Shown: piece after piece, positions 13,134-25,599 of the stretch
How the letters are laid out: every line of letters starts with the position of its first letter
How positions within the stretch are numbered: the first letter of the stretch is position 1
NCBI GenBank assembly: GCA_036785375.1
Contig: JAWMAR010000377.1
Coordinates: forward strand, 1,550,001 to 1,614,000
Direction of reading: 5' to 3'
DNA length: 64,000 bases
Source: Leucoraja ocellata
Taxonomy: Eukaryota
Notes under the pieces: generated by a model
What the model was told of the DNA's origin: nothing
Databases searched by the model: none
Seen by the model: the letters and a program-made list of their open reading frames with translations, nothing else
Position numbers and translations under genes: made by a program

Positions 13134-13211
13134 TTAGATATAGCTCTTGGGGCTAACGGAATCAAGGGATATGGGGGAAAAAGCAGGAACAGGGGGGGTA
13201 TTGATTTTAGA

Positions 13212-13300
13212 CTCAAAATGCTGGAGAAACTCTGCGGGTGAGGCAGCATCTATGGAGAGAAGGAATGGGTGACGTTTCGGGTCGAGACCCTTCTTCAGAC
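13212..13300 (-). mobile_element. Penelope terminal-repeat insertion, 10-bp TSD
   Basis: TSD tgattttaga at 13202-13211 and 13301-13310. Confidence 0.85.
13269..13300 (-). ncRNA. Minimal type-I hammerhead ribozyme motif (intact core)
   Basis: Minus strand reads gu CUGAAGA A GGGU-CUCG-ACCC GAAA CG UC ac. Confidence 0.75.
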
Positions 13301-13521
13301 TGATTTTAGATTATCAACCATAATCATATTGAATGGCGGTGCTGGCTCGAAGGGCCGAATGGCCTACTCCTGCACCTATTTTTCATGTTTCTATGTTTGT
13401 TCACCTCTTTTAACACCAGGCCTTCATGTGTGCTTTGGTTGGATCCTGGGTATGTCACTCAATCACAAGAGTAAACCCCTGTGAGTTAGTTGATCGTGAA
13501 GTGTGGAGTGAGTTGGGTTAA

Positions 13522-13740
13522 AGATCTTATTGAAACATACAATTCTTCAGCGATTGGACAGCCTAGCTGCAGGAAAAATGTTCCCGATGTTGGGGAAGTC
13601 CAGAACCAGCGGTCACAGTATCCCCCCAAAGGGATATGGGGGGAAAAGCAGGAACGGTGTACTGATTCTTCATGAGCAGCCATGATCATATTGAATGGCT
13701 TACTCCTGCACCTGTTTTCTATGTTTCTATGTTTCTATGT
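13522..13740 (+). mobile_element. Deleted CR1 3' end
   Basis: gatcttattgaaacatac...(ttctatgt)n tail. Confidence 0.8.
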
Positions 13741-14070
13741 AAACAATGGTTGTAAGCTATCAAGGAACCCTCTACCTGAGGTAAACTTTTGTCTTTCCTT
13801 GCTTCTACTGCCTCTCCCCTTGCATAACAGAATCGTCCTTGCAGATTTTAACCACATAACATTTTAAATGCCATGCATGGCCTGCTGGAAAATGAGACGG
13901 GTATAAATAGGTGTTGGTACTTAAAGGTAAACATACATCAGTGGATCAAAAGGGTCATTATCATTTGAGTCCATTTTGCCACCACCAAAATACACTTCCA
14001 AAGAACTCAAAAGAAACTCCACAAAGCCCTCTGCCTGAATCACATTGCCTTCCTGACTGTTCGGACCCAG

Positions 14071-14283
14071 GATAGACACAAAATGCAGGAGTAACTCAGC
14101 GGATCAGGCAGCATGTCTGGAGAAAATGAATAGATAATGTTTCAGGTCAAGAAACTTTTTCAGTCTGAAAACCGTAATATCACCTACTCCTTTTGTCCAG
14201 AGATCCTGCCTGTCCCGCTGAGTTATTCCAGCATTTTGTGTCCATCTTCGGTGTAAACCAGCATCTGCATTCCTTCCTACACA
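14071..14283. mobile_element. Fold-back Penelope terminal-repeat insertion, 13-bp TSD
   Basis: Inverted arms; TSD tgttcggacccag (14058-14070) / tgttcagacccag (14284-14296). Confidence 0.85.
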
Positions 14284-14542
14284 TGTTCAGACCCAGCACT
14301 TTGTGCCACCCACTCAATGTATTCTGAAGCCAAATTCCTAATGAGAATTTTCAATGACGATACTAACAAACAGATCTCTAGGTTTTTTTAAATCGCCCTC
14401 AAATAAAAACATTCTGGGCAACATCCATTAATGGATGCATCTGCCTTAAAATGGCATCCCTGAAATATCAGTGTATGCATATTTTTTTGTGCACCCAGTT
14501 GCTTCTGTCACAAGGAGTCTACATTGATTATTGCTTACAGCC

Positions 14543-14700
14543 TTTGTGACCCTCGGACTATCCTTGATCTTTTTTGCTGGCACCTTGCACTAAATGTTAT
14601 TCCTTTATCTTGCATCTATACACTGTAAATGGCATGATTGTAATCATGTATTTATTGCCTTTCTGCTGACTGGATAGCACGCAACAAAAGCTTTTCACTG
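14543..14700 (+). mobile_element. Rex1-type 3' UTR fragment
   Basis: ...tgactggatagcacgcaacaaaagcttttcactg; related to 45255-45397 and 23280-23380 (-). Confidence 0.6.
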
Positions 14701-15059
14701 AAACTGAAACTGCTTAACAGGCCTGCTGAGCTTCCAAGGCTGCCTGGTTCACGCCTCCGTGGGCAGCAATGATTCACCCTATACCCCACGAGAATACAAA
14801 TTAAACCATTTTCTCCCAATCCTCCACTTGAAGATCAGCAGATCAGCAGAAACCCCAGAGAAATAGGTTTTGTGGCCATTTTTAGCCATTTTTCTGAGGT
14901 TTCATGTATCTCCATTATCATGTAATCCCACTTGATTGTGGATGATCAGCCATGATCACAATGAATGGCGGTGCTGGCTTGAAGGGCCGAATGGCCTACT
15001 CATGCACCTATTGTCTAATGTCTAATGTCTGATCGTAGTCTCTCAGTCAGTGCATCCAC

Positions 15060-15850
15060 TTTAACCCAATTCACTCCACACTTCACGATCAACTAACTCA
15101 CAGGGGTTTACTCTTGTGACTGGGTGACATACCCAGGATCCAACCAAAGCACACATGAAGGGGTAGTGATAAAAGAGGTGAACAAACATAGAAATATAGA
15201 AAGTAGATGCAGGAGTAGGCCATTTGGCCCTTCGAGCCTGTACCGCCATTTAATATGATCATGGCTGATCATCTAAAATCAGTCTGAAGAAGTCTGAAGA
15301 AGGGTCTCGACCCAAAACGTCACCCATTCCTTCTCTCCATAGATGCTGCCTCATCCGCTGAGTTTCTCCAGCACTTTGTATCTGTCTAAAATCACTACCC
15401 TGTCCCTGCTTTTTCCCCATATTCCTTGATTCCGTTAGCCCCAAGAGTTATATTTAACTCTTTTGATAACATCCAGTGAATTGGCGTCCACTGCCTTCTG
15501 TGGCAGAAAATTCTACAGAATCACAACTCTCTGGGTGAAAAGGTTTTTTCCTCATCTCAGTCCTAAATGGCCTACCTCTTATTCTTAAACTGTGATACCT
15601 GGTTCTGGACTCCCCCAACATTGGGAACATTTTTCGTGCACTCTAGCCTGTCAAATCCATTAAGAATGGTATATGTTTCCATAAGATACCCTTTCATCCT
15701 TCTAAATTCCCGTAAATACAAGCCCAGTCAATCCATTCTTTCATCATATGTCAGTCCCGCCATCCCGGGAATTAACCTGGTGAATCTACGCTGCACCCTC
15801 AATAGCAAGAATGTCCTTCCTCAAATTAGGCAACCAAAACTGCACACAAT
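15060..15850 (-). repeat. Inverted duplicate of 12502-13522 (CR1 3' end, nested Penelope repeat and unique flank)
   Basis: The unique ~125 bp at 13397-13522 is present reverse-complemented at 15060-15187, with the same nested insertion. Confidence 0.88.
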
Positions 15851-16184
15851 AAATGCAAGAGCTACAAAGTAAGAATGCTATAAATTATTATAAAGATTGC
15901 ACGTTTCACTTGCTGTTGAAATCAAATCGATTTGACTGGTGGGTCACTGATGTATAATTATGGCACAGAGTAGCTCAGAGCACTGAATCTCCCAGTCTCC
16001 AAAGGTCAAGTATAATGAAAGCCCACTTGTCTGCAGCGCTCCTTTCTCTATGCACTTATGGACCCCACACGTTCTTTGAATCAATTTAAATATAATATAC
16101 GAGTTTCACCAGCAAACCAGGAGACTTCAAGATGGAGGAAGTGACTTTTAGTTCATTCCTCCACTTCATTGCATCTTGAGGTCC

Positions 16185-17270
16185 ATTATAACCATATAAC
16201 CATATAACCATATAACAATTACAGCACGGAAACAGGCCATCTCGGCCCTACAAGTCCATGCCGAACAAATTTTTTTCCCCTTAGTCCCACCTGCCTGCAC
16301 TCGTACCATAACCCTCCATTCCCTTCTCATCCATATTCCTATCCAATTTATTTTTAAATGATACCAATGAACCTGCCTCCACCACTTCCACTGGGAGCTC
16401 ATTCCACACCGCCACCACTCTCTGCGTAAAGAAGTTCCCCCTCATATTACCCCTAAACTTCTGTCCCTTAATTCTGAAGTCATGTCCTCTTGTTTGAATC
16501 TTCCCTATTCTCAAAGGGAAAAGCTTGTCCACATCAACTCGGTCTATCCCTCTCATCATTTTAAAGACCTCTATCAGGTCCCCCCTTAACCTTCTGCGCT
16601 CCAGAGAATAAAGACCTATAGAAGATTAGTCAAACATGACCTTCCAGGCACAAATCCATGTTGACTGTTCCTAATCAGACCCTGTTTATCTAGATGCTCA
16701 TATATATTGTCTCTAAGTATCTTTTCCATTAATTTGCCCACCACTGAAGTCAAACTAACAGGTCTATAATTGCTAGGTTTACTCTTAGAACCCTTTTTAA
16801 ACAATGGAACAACATGCGCAGTACGCCAATCCTCGGGGACTATTCCCGTTTCTAATGACATTTGAAATATTTCTGTCATAGCCCCGGCTATTTCTACACT
16901 AACTTCCCTCAATGTCCTAGGGAATATCCTGTCAGGACCTGGAGACTTATCCACTTTTATATTTTTCAAAAGTGTCAGTACTTCTTTTACTTTGAACCTC
17001 ATAGTATCCATAGCTACTCTACTAGTTTCCCTTACCTCACATAATTCCATATCCTTCTCCTTGGTGAATACCGAAGAAAAAAAATTGTTCAATATCTCCC
17101 CCATCTCTTTTGGCTCTGCAGATAGCTGTCCACTCTGTCTCTCCAATGGACCAATTTTATCCCTCCTTATCCTTTTGCTATTAATATAGCTGTAGAAACT
17201 CTTTGGATTGACTTTCACCTTACTTGCCAAAGCAACCTCATATCTTCTTTTAGCTTTTCTAATTTCTTTT
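16185..17270 (-). mobile_element. Young CR1 with internal deletion of the RT core
   Basis: ORF 16616-17230 ends at 'SCLTNLL' and joins directly to the GLYSLERRRL region and ORF 16281; (tatatggt)n tail. Confidence 0.92.
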
Positions 17271-17274
17271 TGTT

Positions 17275-17560
17275 TATGTCCATATTTGGCCCTTTAAATG
17301 TTTCATCTCCACATACCTGTCTTTTATATGCTGTTATAGTACCTGCCTCAACTACTTCCTCTGGCTGATCATTCTATATTCCCACCACCCTCCGAGTGAA
17401 AATGTTGCCTCCCAGGTTTGTATTAAACCATCCCTCCTACCATAAACCTATGTCCTCTGGTTCTTGATTCCCCTAACCTATGCATAAGTGTGCATTCACC
17501 CTTTCAATACCCTTCATGATATTAATTACTTCTGTAAGATCACCACTTAACCACCCACGC
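17275..17560 (-). mobile_element. Old CR1 3' fragment
   Basis: gtacctgcctcaactacttcctctggc...ccttcatgat...aagatcacc. Confidence 0.7.
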
Positions 17561-17639
17561 TCAAAACCACCTGCCCACCCTCTGCCTATCGCTCACACTT
17601 CACATAAATAACTTCCAATTCAGAAGAAAACATGACAAT

Positions 17640-17970
17640 AAAATAAATCTGCAGCTGCAGAAAATCTGAAATAAAAATAGTAAATGCTGAAACCATTTAG
17701 CATGCCAGCTAGCATCTGTAGAATGAGAAACGGTTAACATTTTGGTCCCTGGAACCTTCATTCACCAATACATTGACAAAGGTTTCTGCTAAAGGGCCTC
17801 AGACCTGAAATGTTAATGGTTTATTTTTCGACAGAGGCTGACTGACCTGCTGAGTGATTTCAGTACAGGAAGTCGGGACCCTTCTTCAGGCTCGACCCGA
17901 AACGTCACTCATTTCTTCTCTCCAGAGATGCTGCCTGTCCCGCTGAGTTACTCCAGCATTTTGTCTATCT
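17640..17970. mobile_element. Old inverted Penelope repeats plus a younger fold-back copy (17870-17970)
   Basis: Degenerate cores at ~17733-17763 (-) and ~17786-17816 (+); ctcgacccgaaacgtcac at 17891. Confidence 0.65.
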
Positions 17971-18039
17971 CAATTTAAACCAACTCCTTTAAACCAACTT
18001 CATCCAGTCACCTGATCACATAGGCATTTCCAAAATTAT

Positions 18040-18210
18040 TTTAGTGTAGTTTAGTTGGGAAATACATCTCAGAAATTAGCCCTTCGGCCCATCGAGTCCG
18101 CACTGACCAGCGATCCCCATACACCAGTACTATCCTACACACAAGGGAGCCCAATTCACCTACAAGCCTGTACGTCTTTGGAGTGTGGGAAGAAGCTGGA
18201 GCACCTGGGG
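18040..18210 (-). mobile_element. V-SINE fragment
   Basis: (tttag)n tail; acgtctttggagtgtggga core. Confidence 0.8.
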
Positions 18211-18465
18211 AAAATTATTTGTTATTCTCAAGTTTGTAAAATACAAATATATTTTGAGAATCACTTTGATTTTAGTAGACATGTTATGTAAATGTGCTTG
18301 ATGGAATGATCATTTAGAGAGAAACATTATTAGAAAAACTGAGCCCTCCTCAGCAAATTCTAAGTAATATAAAAATCTGAAAATAAAATTTGGTTTAAAT
18401 AAAGCAGCAACTTGATACTTCTTTGCACTAAAAAGGCAGAAAGACAGGAATACCAAGAGAGGAAT

Positions 18466-18495
18466 CTGAAGAAGGGTTTCGGCCCGAAACGTTGC
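18466..18495 (+). ncRNA. Minimal hammerhead ribozyme motif (intact core)
   Basis: CUGAAGA A GGGU-UUCG-GCCC GAAA CG UU gc. Confidence 0.75.
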
Positions 18496-18559
18496 CTATT
18501 TCCTTCGCTCCATAGATGCTGCTGCACCCGCTGAGTTTCTCCAGCTTTTCTGTGTAACC
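18466..18559 (+). mobile_element. 94-bp Penelope terminal-repeat insertion starting at the hammerhead core, 7-bp TSD
   Basis: TSD gaggaat at 18459-18465 and 18560-18566; near-identical to the end of the Penelope at 57515-57606. Confidence 0.9.
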
Positions 18560-18913
18560 GAGGAATTTGCATGTTTACTTATGCAGCTGCGATATTTAGT
18601 AACAAAGTGAAAAATGTTAATTTCTAGGAACCGATTACAAAATAATCAATTTTCAAAGTTAGCAGAATCCATCTAGAAATGTCCAAGCTAATGCAGTAAA
18701 AACTCAGGCATTGCCAGTACTGCAAGACCCAGCCATTCTCACTCTCTCTGATGCCAGACTCCACAACTCAACCAGTAGATTGAAATGCAGAATTATAGAA
18801 CCACGAACAAAGTCCAGAAACTACCACCTGTATTTCATTATCTCCACCTTCTCCACCTTCTTCCCCTTCTCCCCCCCCCCCCTTTCTATTTTTAATTTAA
18901 GGTTCCAACATCT

Positions 18914-19206
18914 GGGCATAGGCATAGCGGTAGAGTTGGTGCCTTACTGCGCCAGAGACCCGGGTTCGATCCTGACTACGGATGCTGTCTGTATGGAGTT
19001 TGTATGTTCTTCTTGTGATTCATGGGTTTTCTCCAGTGCTCTAGTTTCCTCCCACATATTCCACAGACGGGCGGGTTTGCAGGTTAATCTGCTTCTGTAA
19101 ATTATCCCTAGTGTGTACGGTAGAACTAGTGTATGGGTGATCACTGATTTGCACAGCCTCGGTGGGCTGAAGGGCCTGATTCTGCACTGCATTTCTAAAC
19201 TAAACT
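18914..19206 (+). mobile_element. tRNA-derived V-SINE (HE1-like)
   Basis: A-box-like agcggtagag, B-box GGTTCGATCC at 18963, V-domain-like core, (ctaaa)n tail. Confidence 0.88.
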
Positions 19207-21174
19207 GCAGTTTCTTGCCTTTCAAAAACTCATTAGCCAGTTTCAAACATAATTTCATTTCTATAAATCCATGCTCACACTGCACAATAGTATTATTTTC
19301 CTAAGTGCTCCATCTCCATGGCACTTGGTTGCCAGAGTGCTTGGTTGTGGCCAAGAATGGTCTCTGAACTCAACGATATTGCGATTCATAGTCTGCCTCA
19401 AAGCTTCTGACCTCCTGGCAGATATCTTCCATCTTTCTCTGATCATCACAGCCTCTATTTTTGAAGCAACAGTTGGCCCCAGTAGATGGGAGGACGTGTC
19501 GTTTACAATATGCACAATGTGCATACATTCCTTTGAGGGTGGGCTACCAAAGTCGCAATTCTGCAGCCAAGTGTCAGAAGCTACAAAATCTTGCAACTAG
19601 TGCATGCTTTCATTGACACAGAGAAGTGTTCTATGGGGAAACATGGCAATGTTAAACTGGGAACCTCAAGTAAAGATTGGAATTCATATGGCACATAAAA
19701 CAATGTTAGGATAATGCACAACCCTATTTTAACATCATTAAATTAGGAAAGCAATTCATGGGACAATTTCTAAACCCGTAAATTACAAGATAAATAAATG
19801 GTCATTTTTTTAAATTAAGTTTATATTTTAGACAATTTAAAGACAAAAAAAAAAGATATACGTTTTTGGTAGTTATTCCTGTACTTTGTCTTTTTTTGTA
19901 ACCCGAAGATTCTGCCTGACCCGCTGAGTTACTGCAGTACTTGGGGGATTTAAATAAATAGATTGGACCATTGGCCTAATTCCAAAATTATTGACAATGT
20001 AAGCAGAGGTATAGCAGTCCTCAAAGCCCATTAAATTTGTGTTTACTTATTTCGAATGAATGTTTGCACAAAGTCAGAGAATCCCTGAAGTCATTAAGAG
20101 CTGTACAAAGCAGTCCGGATTTTACAATAGGGAGAATAGCAACGTTTTCAATGCATAGCTCTGGAAAATTGGAACTAAATCACCAACCCGTGTAAAGTTT
20201 AAAATAGGTGGTAGAATCAGAGACACCCAACTTCAGTAAAATATTTAAATGAGCAATGTCCCTCCTGGGAGTAGATTAGCTGTTCCTGTCAACCCTGCCT
20301 CTGAACAATGAGCGTGGTTGGATTTAAGGCAGGCTGGGTTCAGATTTAAGATGCTTTGAATTTTAAACATTTCAGATGACTTCAACCCACTAGTTTGATG
20401 GATTTTAAATTACCCCTGCAAGCCTCATTGAGGATTTTATGATCTGTCGAAGAGATACACACTTGGATTTATACATCATAGATGGCACGTGAATGGCGCT
20501 CTACTGAGAAAGATCGCCATATAGTCAGAGCTGCCTTTCAAAAGACCCCTGTGCCCAGCTGTAGGCATAATGATGACAATTTAATTTAATTTTTGCAAAG
20601 TCTAGCTCAACAGAACTGAGAGCAGAGAAGAATTTTGAATCGCAGTACAGCAAGAATACACTAGTCAAAAAAAATTGCAACAAGTGTTAGGTTACGGAAT
20701 GAAGTTATTTATTATTAGAATATTAATGATTAGCCCCACCACAGAAGGAATTGTGTTTTTTTTTTAAAGCAACATAAGGCCATTCATCTCCTCATTTAAT
20801 GGACACTAACAGTATATTGATTCATTTATAGGTTTCTCATTGAGTAGGATTAAGAGAATTGTCAAAATATTTTAAAACATCACCAGTTGAAAAGCAATCC
20901 AAAGCTGAAATAAATATGTTTATAGAGCTGTATAATTTGTTTAAATTCCATTGTGAAAAGAGGAGACATTCATCATTTTGTTGATCATATTTTATATCTT
21001 GTGAAGCAATTCTATCAGCAGCTCCTTGACAGGTCATGGAGCAACATCAGGTTTCCAGGAATTCCTGAAAACTCCCAAAACACTTGGAAAATATCGCACT
21101 TGTCTGTATTGAGACAGTTAGTCCAAATATGGCCTTGCTTAATGTTTGCATAAAAAGTGTAAAGCCAAGTTGTA

Positions 21175-21980
21175 ATAGGTGGAAACACACGAGACTGCAG
21201 ATGCTGTAATCTGGAGCAAAAATAAACCCCCTATCTACGAGTGTAACTCAGCAGGACAAGCAGCATCCATGGAGGCCTGTCGGGTCATGACTATGAATCA
21301 GGATTAAGAACTTAGAGGGAAGATAACCAGTATAAGGAGGTGAGAGGGAGGGAGGGAGGCAGGTAGGTGACAGATGGATCCAGATGAAGAGTGCAGTATG
21401 AGCAGGTGGAAATGTGTGCAGAGAGGAGGGGGGGAGACCCAGGCAAGGTGTGTGGGCAGGTAGAATCTGATATGGCAATATGGCAAGTGTATATGTCTAG
21501 CTAATGAGGGCATGGGCGAGAGTATAAAAAAGTATAAAATATGAACAGGGAGAGAGTTTAGGTAGACCAGTAGAGTGGGAAGGGAACAGAGGGCGTATGG
21601 ATACCTGAACTTTCATCTCAATGATCTACCTTCCTTATCCCTCCCATTTCAGATTCAACCTGCTCATCCTCCCTCCCTCATCTGGTTCCAATTAGCAGCT
21701 TCTGGCCTCCATCTCCAGCTACACTCTTCCCCTCTCCCACCTGGAACCATCTTTTCCATCTTTTCCATCAGATTTCACCCATCACCCACCATGTTCTGGT
21801 CTTAATATTTCCTTCATCTCACCTGGTTCCACTCATCAGCGACCACTCCCCTCACTTTCTATACACTGGTCATCTTCCCTCTACACACAGGCCTGGTGCA
21901 GGGTTCTTAAACTGAAACAGCAATCACATCTTTGTTGCCACAGATGCTAACCCCACTTGATTAGTTCTTGGTGTTTTTTA
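21175..21980. mobile_element. Old Penelope 3' ends in inverted arrangement
   Basis: Purine-rich UTR (-) at 21300-21600 followed by pyrimidine-rich UTR (+) at 21620-21890, with terminal-repeat remnants at both ends. Confidence 0.6.
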
Positions 21981-22552
21981 ACCAATTCTAATTAGGATTG
22001 TATACTGCTGATTAGAATCCAGATGCAAGGTAACTCTCTGCACACCTCTTCTTTAAAAAAAAATTGAAATCATAATTATTCCCAAGTTATTTTTCCAAGT
22101 TGCACGTTTTATTTTAGTGGTTTTATTTTTAAATTGTTTAGCATTTTTTCGTTAAAAAATATACAATTTTCTGAATGTCAGAGACATTTAGAAACTGCCG
22201 AATTCAGTGACATCTTTGGCAGAAGCAAAAGCTCTGTCAGGCTGCCTTTTGACAAGGTCTGTCAGGAGGAATTGGGTGCAAAACCTGAGCCTTACTGCGC
22301 CTGAGGCTTCGTCATCCAACTCGACGGCACGGACAATTAACAAAGCAGGCCTTCTGCCAAGTAAATTATAGCATGCAGGGAACACAAACAGAGGGCACAG
22401 TGCAGTAGTATTGCAAGTCTAGTCTCTTATCTGGTCTTCAGCCGGTAGAGAGGAAGAATGCAGAGAGAGTGGATGAAAGAATAAAGGAGGACCATGAAAG
22501 AGTGGAAAGCAGAAGTTAGTAAAGTGATCGTGGTATAAGATAAAGAGGATAA

Positions 22553-23072
22553 TAGAAACATGGAACATAGATGCAGGAGTAGGCCATTTGGCAATTCAGC
22601 CCTTCGAGCCAGTACCACCATTCAATATGATCATGGTTAATCATCCAAAATCAATACTCCGTTCCTGTTTTCCCCCCATACCCATTGATTCAGTTAGCCC
22701 CAAGAGCTATATCTAACTCTCTCTTGAAAACATCCAGTGAATTGTCGTCCACTGCCTTCTGTGGCAGAGAATTCCACAAATTTGCAACACTCTGGGTGAA
22801 AATGTTTTTCCTCATCTCATTCCTAAATGGCCTACCCCTTATTCTTACACTGTGACCCCTGGTTCTGGACTCCCCCACCATTGAGAACATTTTTCCTGCA
22901 TCTAGCCTGTCCAATCCCTTAAGAATGTTATATGGTTCCTTAAGATCCCATCTCATCCTTTTAAATTCCAGTGAATACAAACGCAGTCGACCCATTCTTT
23001 CATCATATGTCAGTCCCGCCATCCCAGGCATTAACCTGGTGAATCTACGATGCACTCCCTCAATAGCAAGAA
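22553..23072 (-). mobile_element. CR1 3' end
   Basis: ORF 22690-23055 is the CR1 ORF2 C-terminus. Confidence 0.92.
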
Positions 23073-23094
23073 TTGAGTTTGTGTAATGTTTTGT

Positions 23095-23277
23095 TTAAGA
23101 AAGAACTGCTGGTGCACATCAAAGATAAGTACAAAATGCTGGAGTAACTCAGTGGGGTCAGGCAGCATCTCTGGAGAATAGGATCAGGTAACATTTATCA
23201 CCAAAACACCACTTATTCCTTTTCTCCAGTGATGCTGCCTGAACTGCTGAGTTACTCCAGCATTATGTTTATCTTTA
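23095..23277. mobile_element. Fold-back Penelope terminal repeats
   Basis: aatgctggagtaactcag...ggcagcatc / gatgctgcc...ctgagttactccagcatt. Confidence 0.8.
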
Positions 23278-25599
23278 ATGTTTAGTATAGTTTATTGTCA
23301 CGTGTACAGAGGTGCAGTGAAAAGCTTCTGTTGCATGCTAACCAATCAGTGGAAAGATTACACACAATTACAATTGAGCCAACCACAGTGTACAGAAGAC
23401 ATGCAAAATAAATTTAAAAAGCTGGGCCGAGGATTTGCAAATGTCATCAATACAGCACCCTATGCAAAATTTAGAGCACCAATTATGATCCAGCTGTATT
23501 AAATTCTGTCATCCAGCTTTAATAATAAAAGAGGTTATTAACTATACCATGACTGCCAGTGACCCTCGAGTATTAATGTATTAAGGCTATGCAGACATTT
23601 TTAATGATGTTCTCAAAATGTTTGAAGAAAGGAAGTTTCACAATTTAATGACCATTTGCCCATACCATCCTTTACCAGTTTCTCTTTTCAAACTGAGGAA
23701 AATGAAAATGCATAACTTTCTCAGGAGGCAATGGAATTCAGTGATTGTAGTTTAAACTGTGCAGAAATATAATCTGAAAGAATACAATTCCACTAATTTG
23801 CAATATTACACAAATTTTCCATGAAATATCTGCACATCGTCCTACTCCCTCACCAGTAATAATGAACCACAAACAATTAAAATGGTTACTTGCACCCAGT
23901 GCTCTTTTGTTCGCACAAAGGGTGACAGTGCCAATACGTGTTTCGTTCTTTGCTGTAGGTGTCCAAGGCAGATTATCACCCAAGTAGCTACTTACGCCAT
24001 TTAGGGCTTGTTGGCTCATTAAATTATTATTTTTTACACGATAATTGGGGAGTGCATTCCACCTTGCTTCCCGAAGTCAATAACTAGTTCCTTTATCTTG
24101 CTGACGTGGAGGGAGATGTTAGCCCCACATAGGGATAATATTAAGGGGCTTAAAATCCATCCTTGCAGAGCACTAGTATCTCCCTTTCTTTCCATTACTT
24201 TTTGGAGAATTCCAAAGAATCATGTTGTTTAAAGAGAAAAAAAATAATGCCTTATCTCCTGATATAGCAATGCGTAGTTCTGGATTCTCACACAAGAAGA
24301 AACACCTCTCCATGTCGTAGATGTATCAGGATCATAGATGTGTCTTATATAGTCATTTCTTGTTCGCATTTTCAGGAAATACTGGACTAGCCTGCCTAAT
24401 CTTTCTTCAGAAGGCAACCAGGTATTAGTCCAGTAAATCTTACCTGAAGCGTTATAAATGCAATAACATCCCTTTGTATATAAAAGGATGAATAGGTAAA
24501 ACAGTATTTTAGATGTGGTCTCACCAGGGCTCGACATATATGACTTGAGCATAATCTTCTTACTTTTGCATTAATTTCCCTTCAAAATATACAATAAATT
24601 TCCAACCTGTGGTGAGAATTTTGGGAAGGATGTTTATTGCCTATCCTTGCTGGTGGATAATATATTGAAGGCAGCACTCAGCACACTTGCCTTCAGAGGC
24701 TGAGGCATTGAGTAGACTATTGGGATGTCATGTCGCAGCTATTTGAAACATTGGTCAGGTAGCAGGAGTACAGATGCTCCCTGACTTGCACCAGAGTTAC
24801 ATCCCACAGACCATGCACAAGACAGATGTTTTGTAAGTGGCAACGGAAGGACTTCAGCGCATGAGTGAATTTACTATCTGTACCGTGTATTGCCAGTGGG
24901 AGGCAGTGTGGGGAGCTCTGGCACAGAGGCCACATGGGAGCATCTGTCAGAGGCAAACAAATCAGCCAGAACTTTATTGAATAGTGGAGTTGGTTCAAGA
25001 TGCTGCAAGTCATATAGCATTAGGATTATGAATAAGATGCTAACCGCTAACTTAGTTGATTTGTGCATACATTGGCTACCCACCTGTGAAATATTGTAAA
25101 TGCAAAACAATGTATTTTGCTCATGATTCTCACTCTAACTTCTCCCCGTCACTAATTGACCAGATAACAACGTTACATCTCCTCAAGTCCACAGTGGGCT
25201 TGTTGGAATGCAAGTGGCCAAAGATGGATCAAAGCGGGAATGAACTGGACTATTAAAGTGACAGGCAACTCAGGCAATATCTAGCTTCCTTCATTGACAA
25301 ATATCAATTCCAAGAGAGGCAGGTTGAAAACCCATTCACATCACCATATTTTATACTAGCGTTGAATATAGGTCACAAAAAAAGGACCCTCACCAAAAAC
25401 ATCACCTATCGATGTTCTCCAGGGATGCTGCCGATTCTGAGTTTGTCCAGCATTTTCTATCTTCCCCTGGCTTTAAATAACTTGTGGATCAAGATTTATA
25501 GGAACTGCTTCTAGGTATTTCTGAGAATCAAATATTCAAATAAAGTTAAATTGCAAAAAAATGTAAAACATTGTATAGATTTATTAAAAATCAATTGTG

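Larger units (their letters stand above)
12226..13396 (+). mobile_element. CR1 3' region hosting three nested insertions
   Basis: ORF 12511 'QFWSPNLRKDILAIEGVQRRFTRLIP'; the tail ends ~13396. Confidence 0.9.

Noticed and set aside
18914-18990. tRNA gene
   Set aside because: The A/B boxes are the head of a SINE, followed by SINE body and tail.
19261-19600. ~110-aa ORFs on both strands
   Set aside because: No recognisable domain or splice support; consistent with chance.
22188-22385. 65-aa minus-strand ORF
   Set aside because: No recognisable homology; treated as a non-coding candidate instead.
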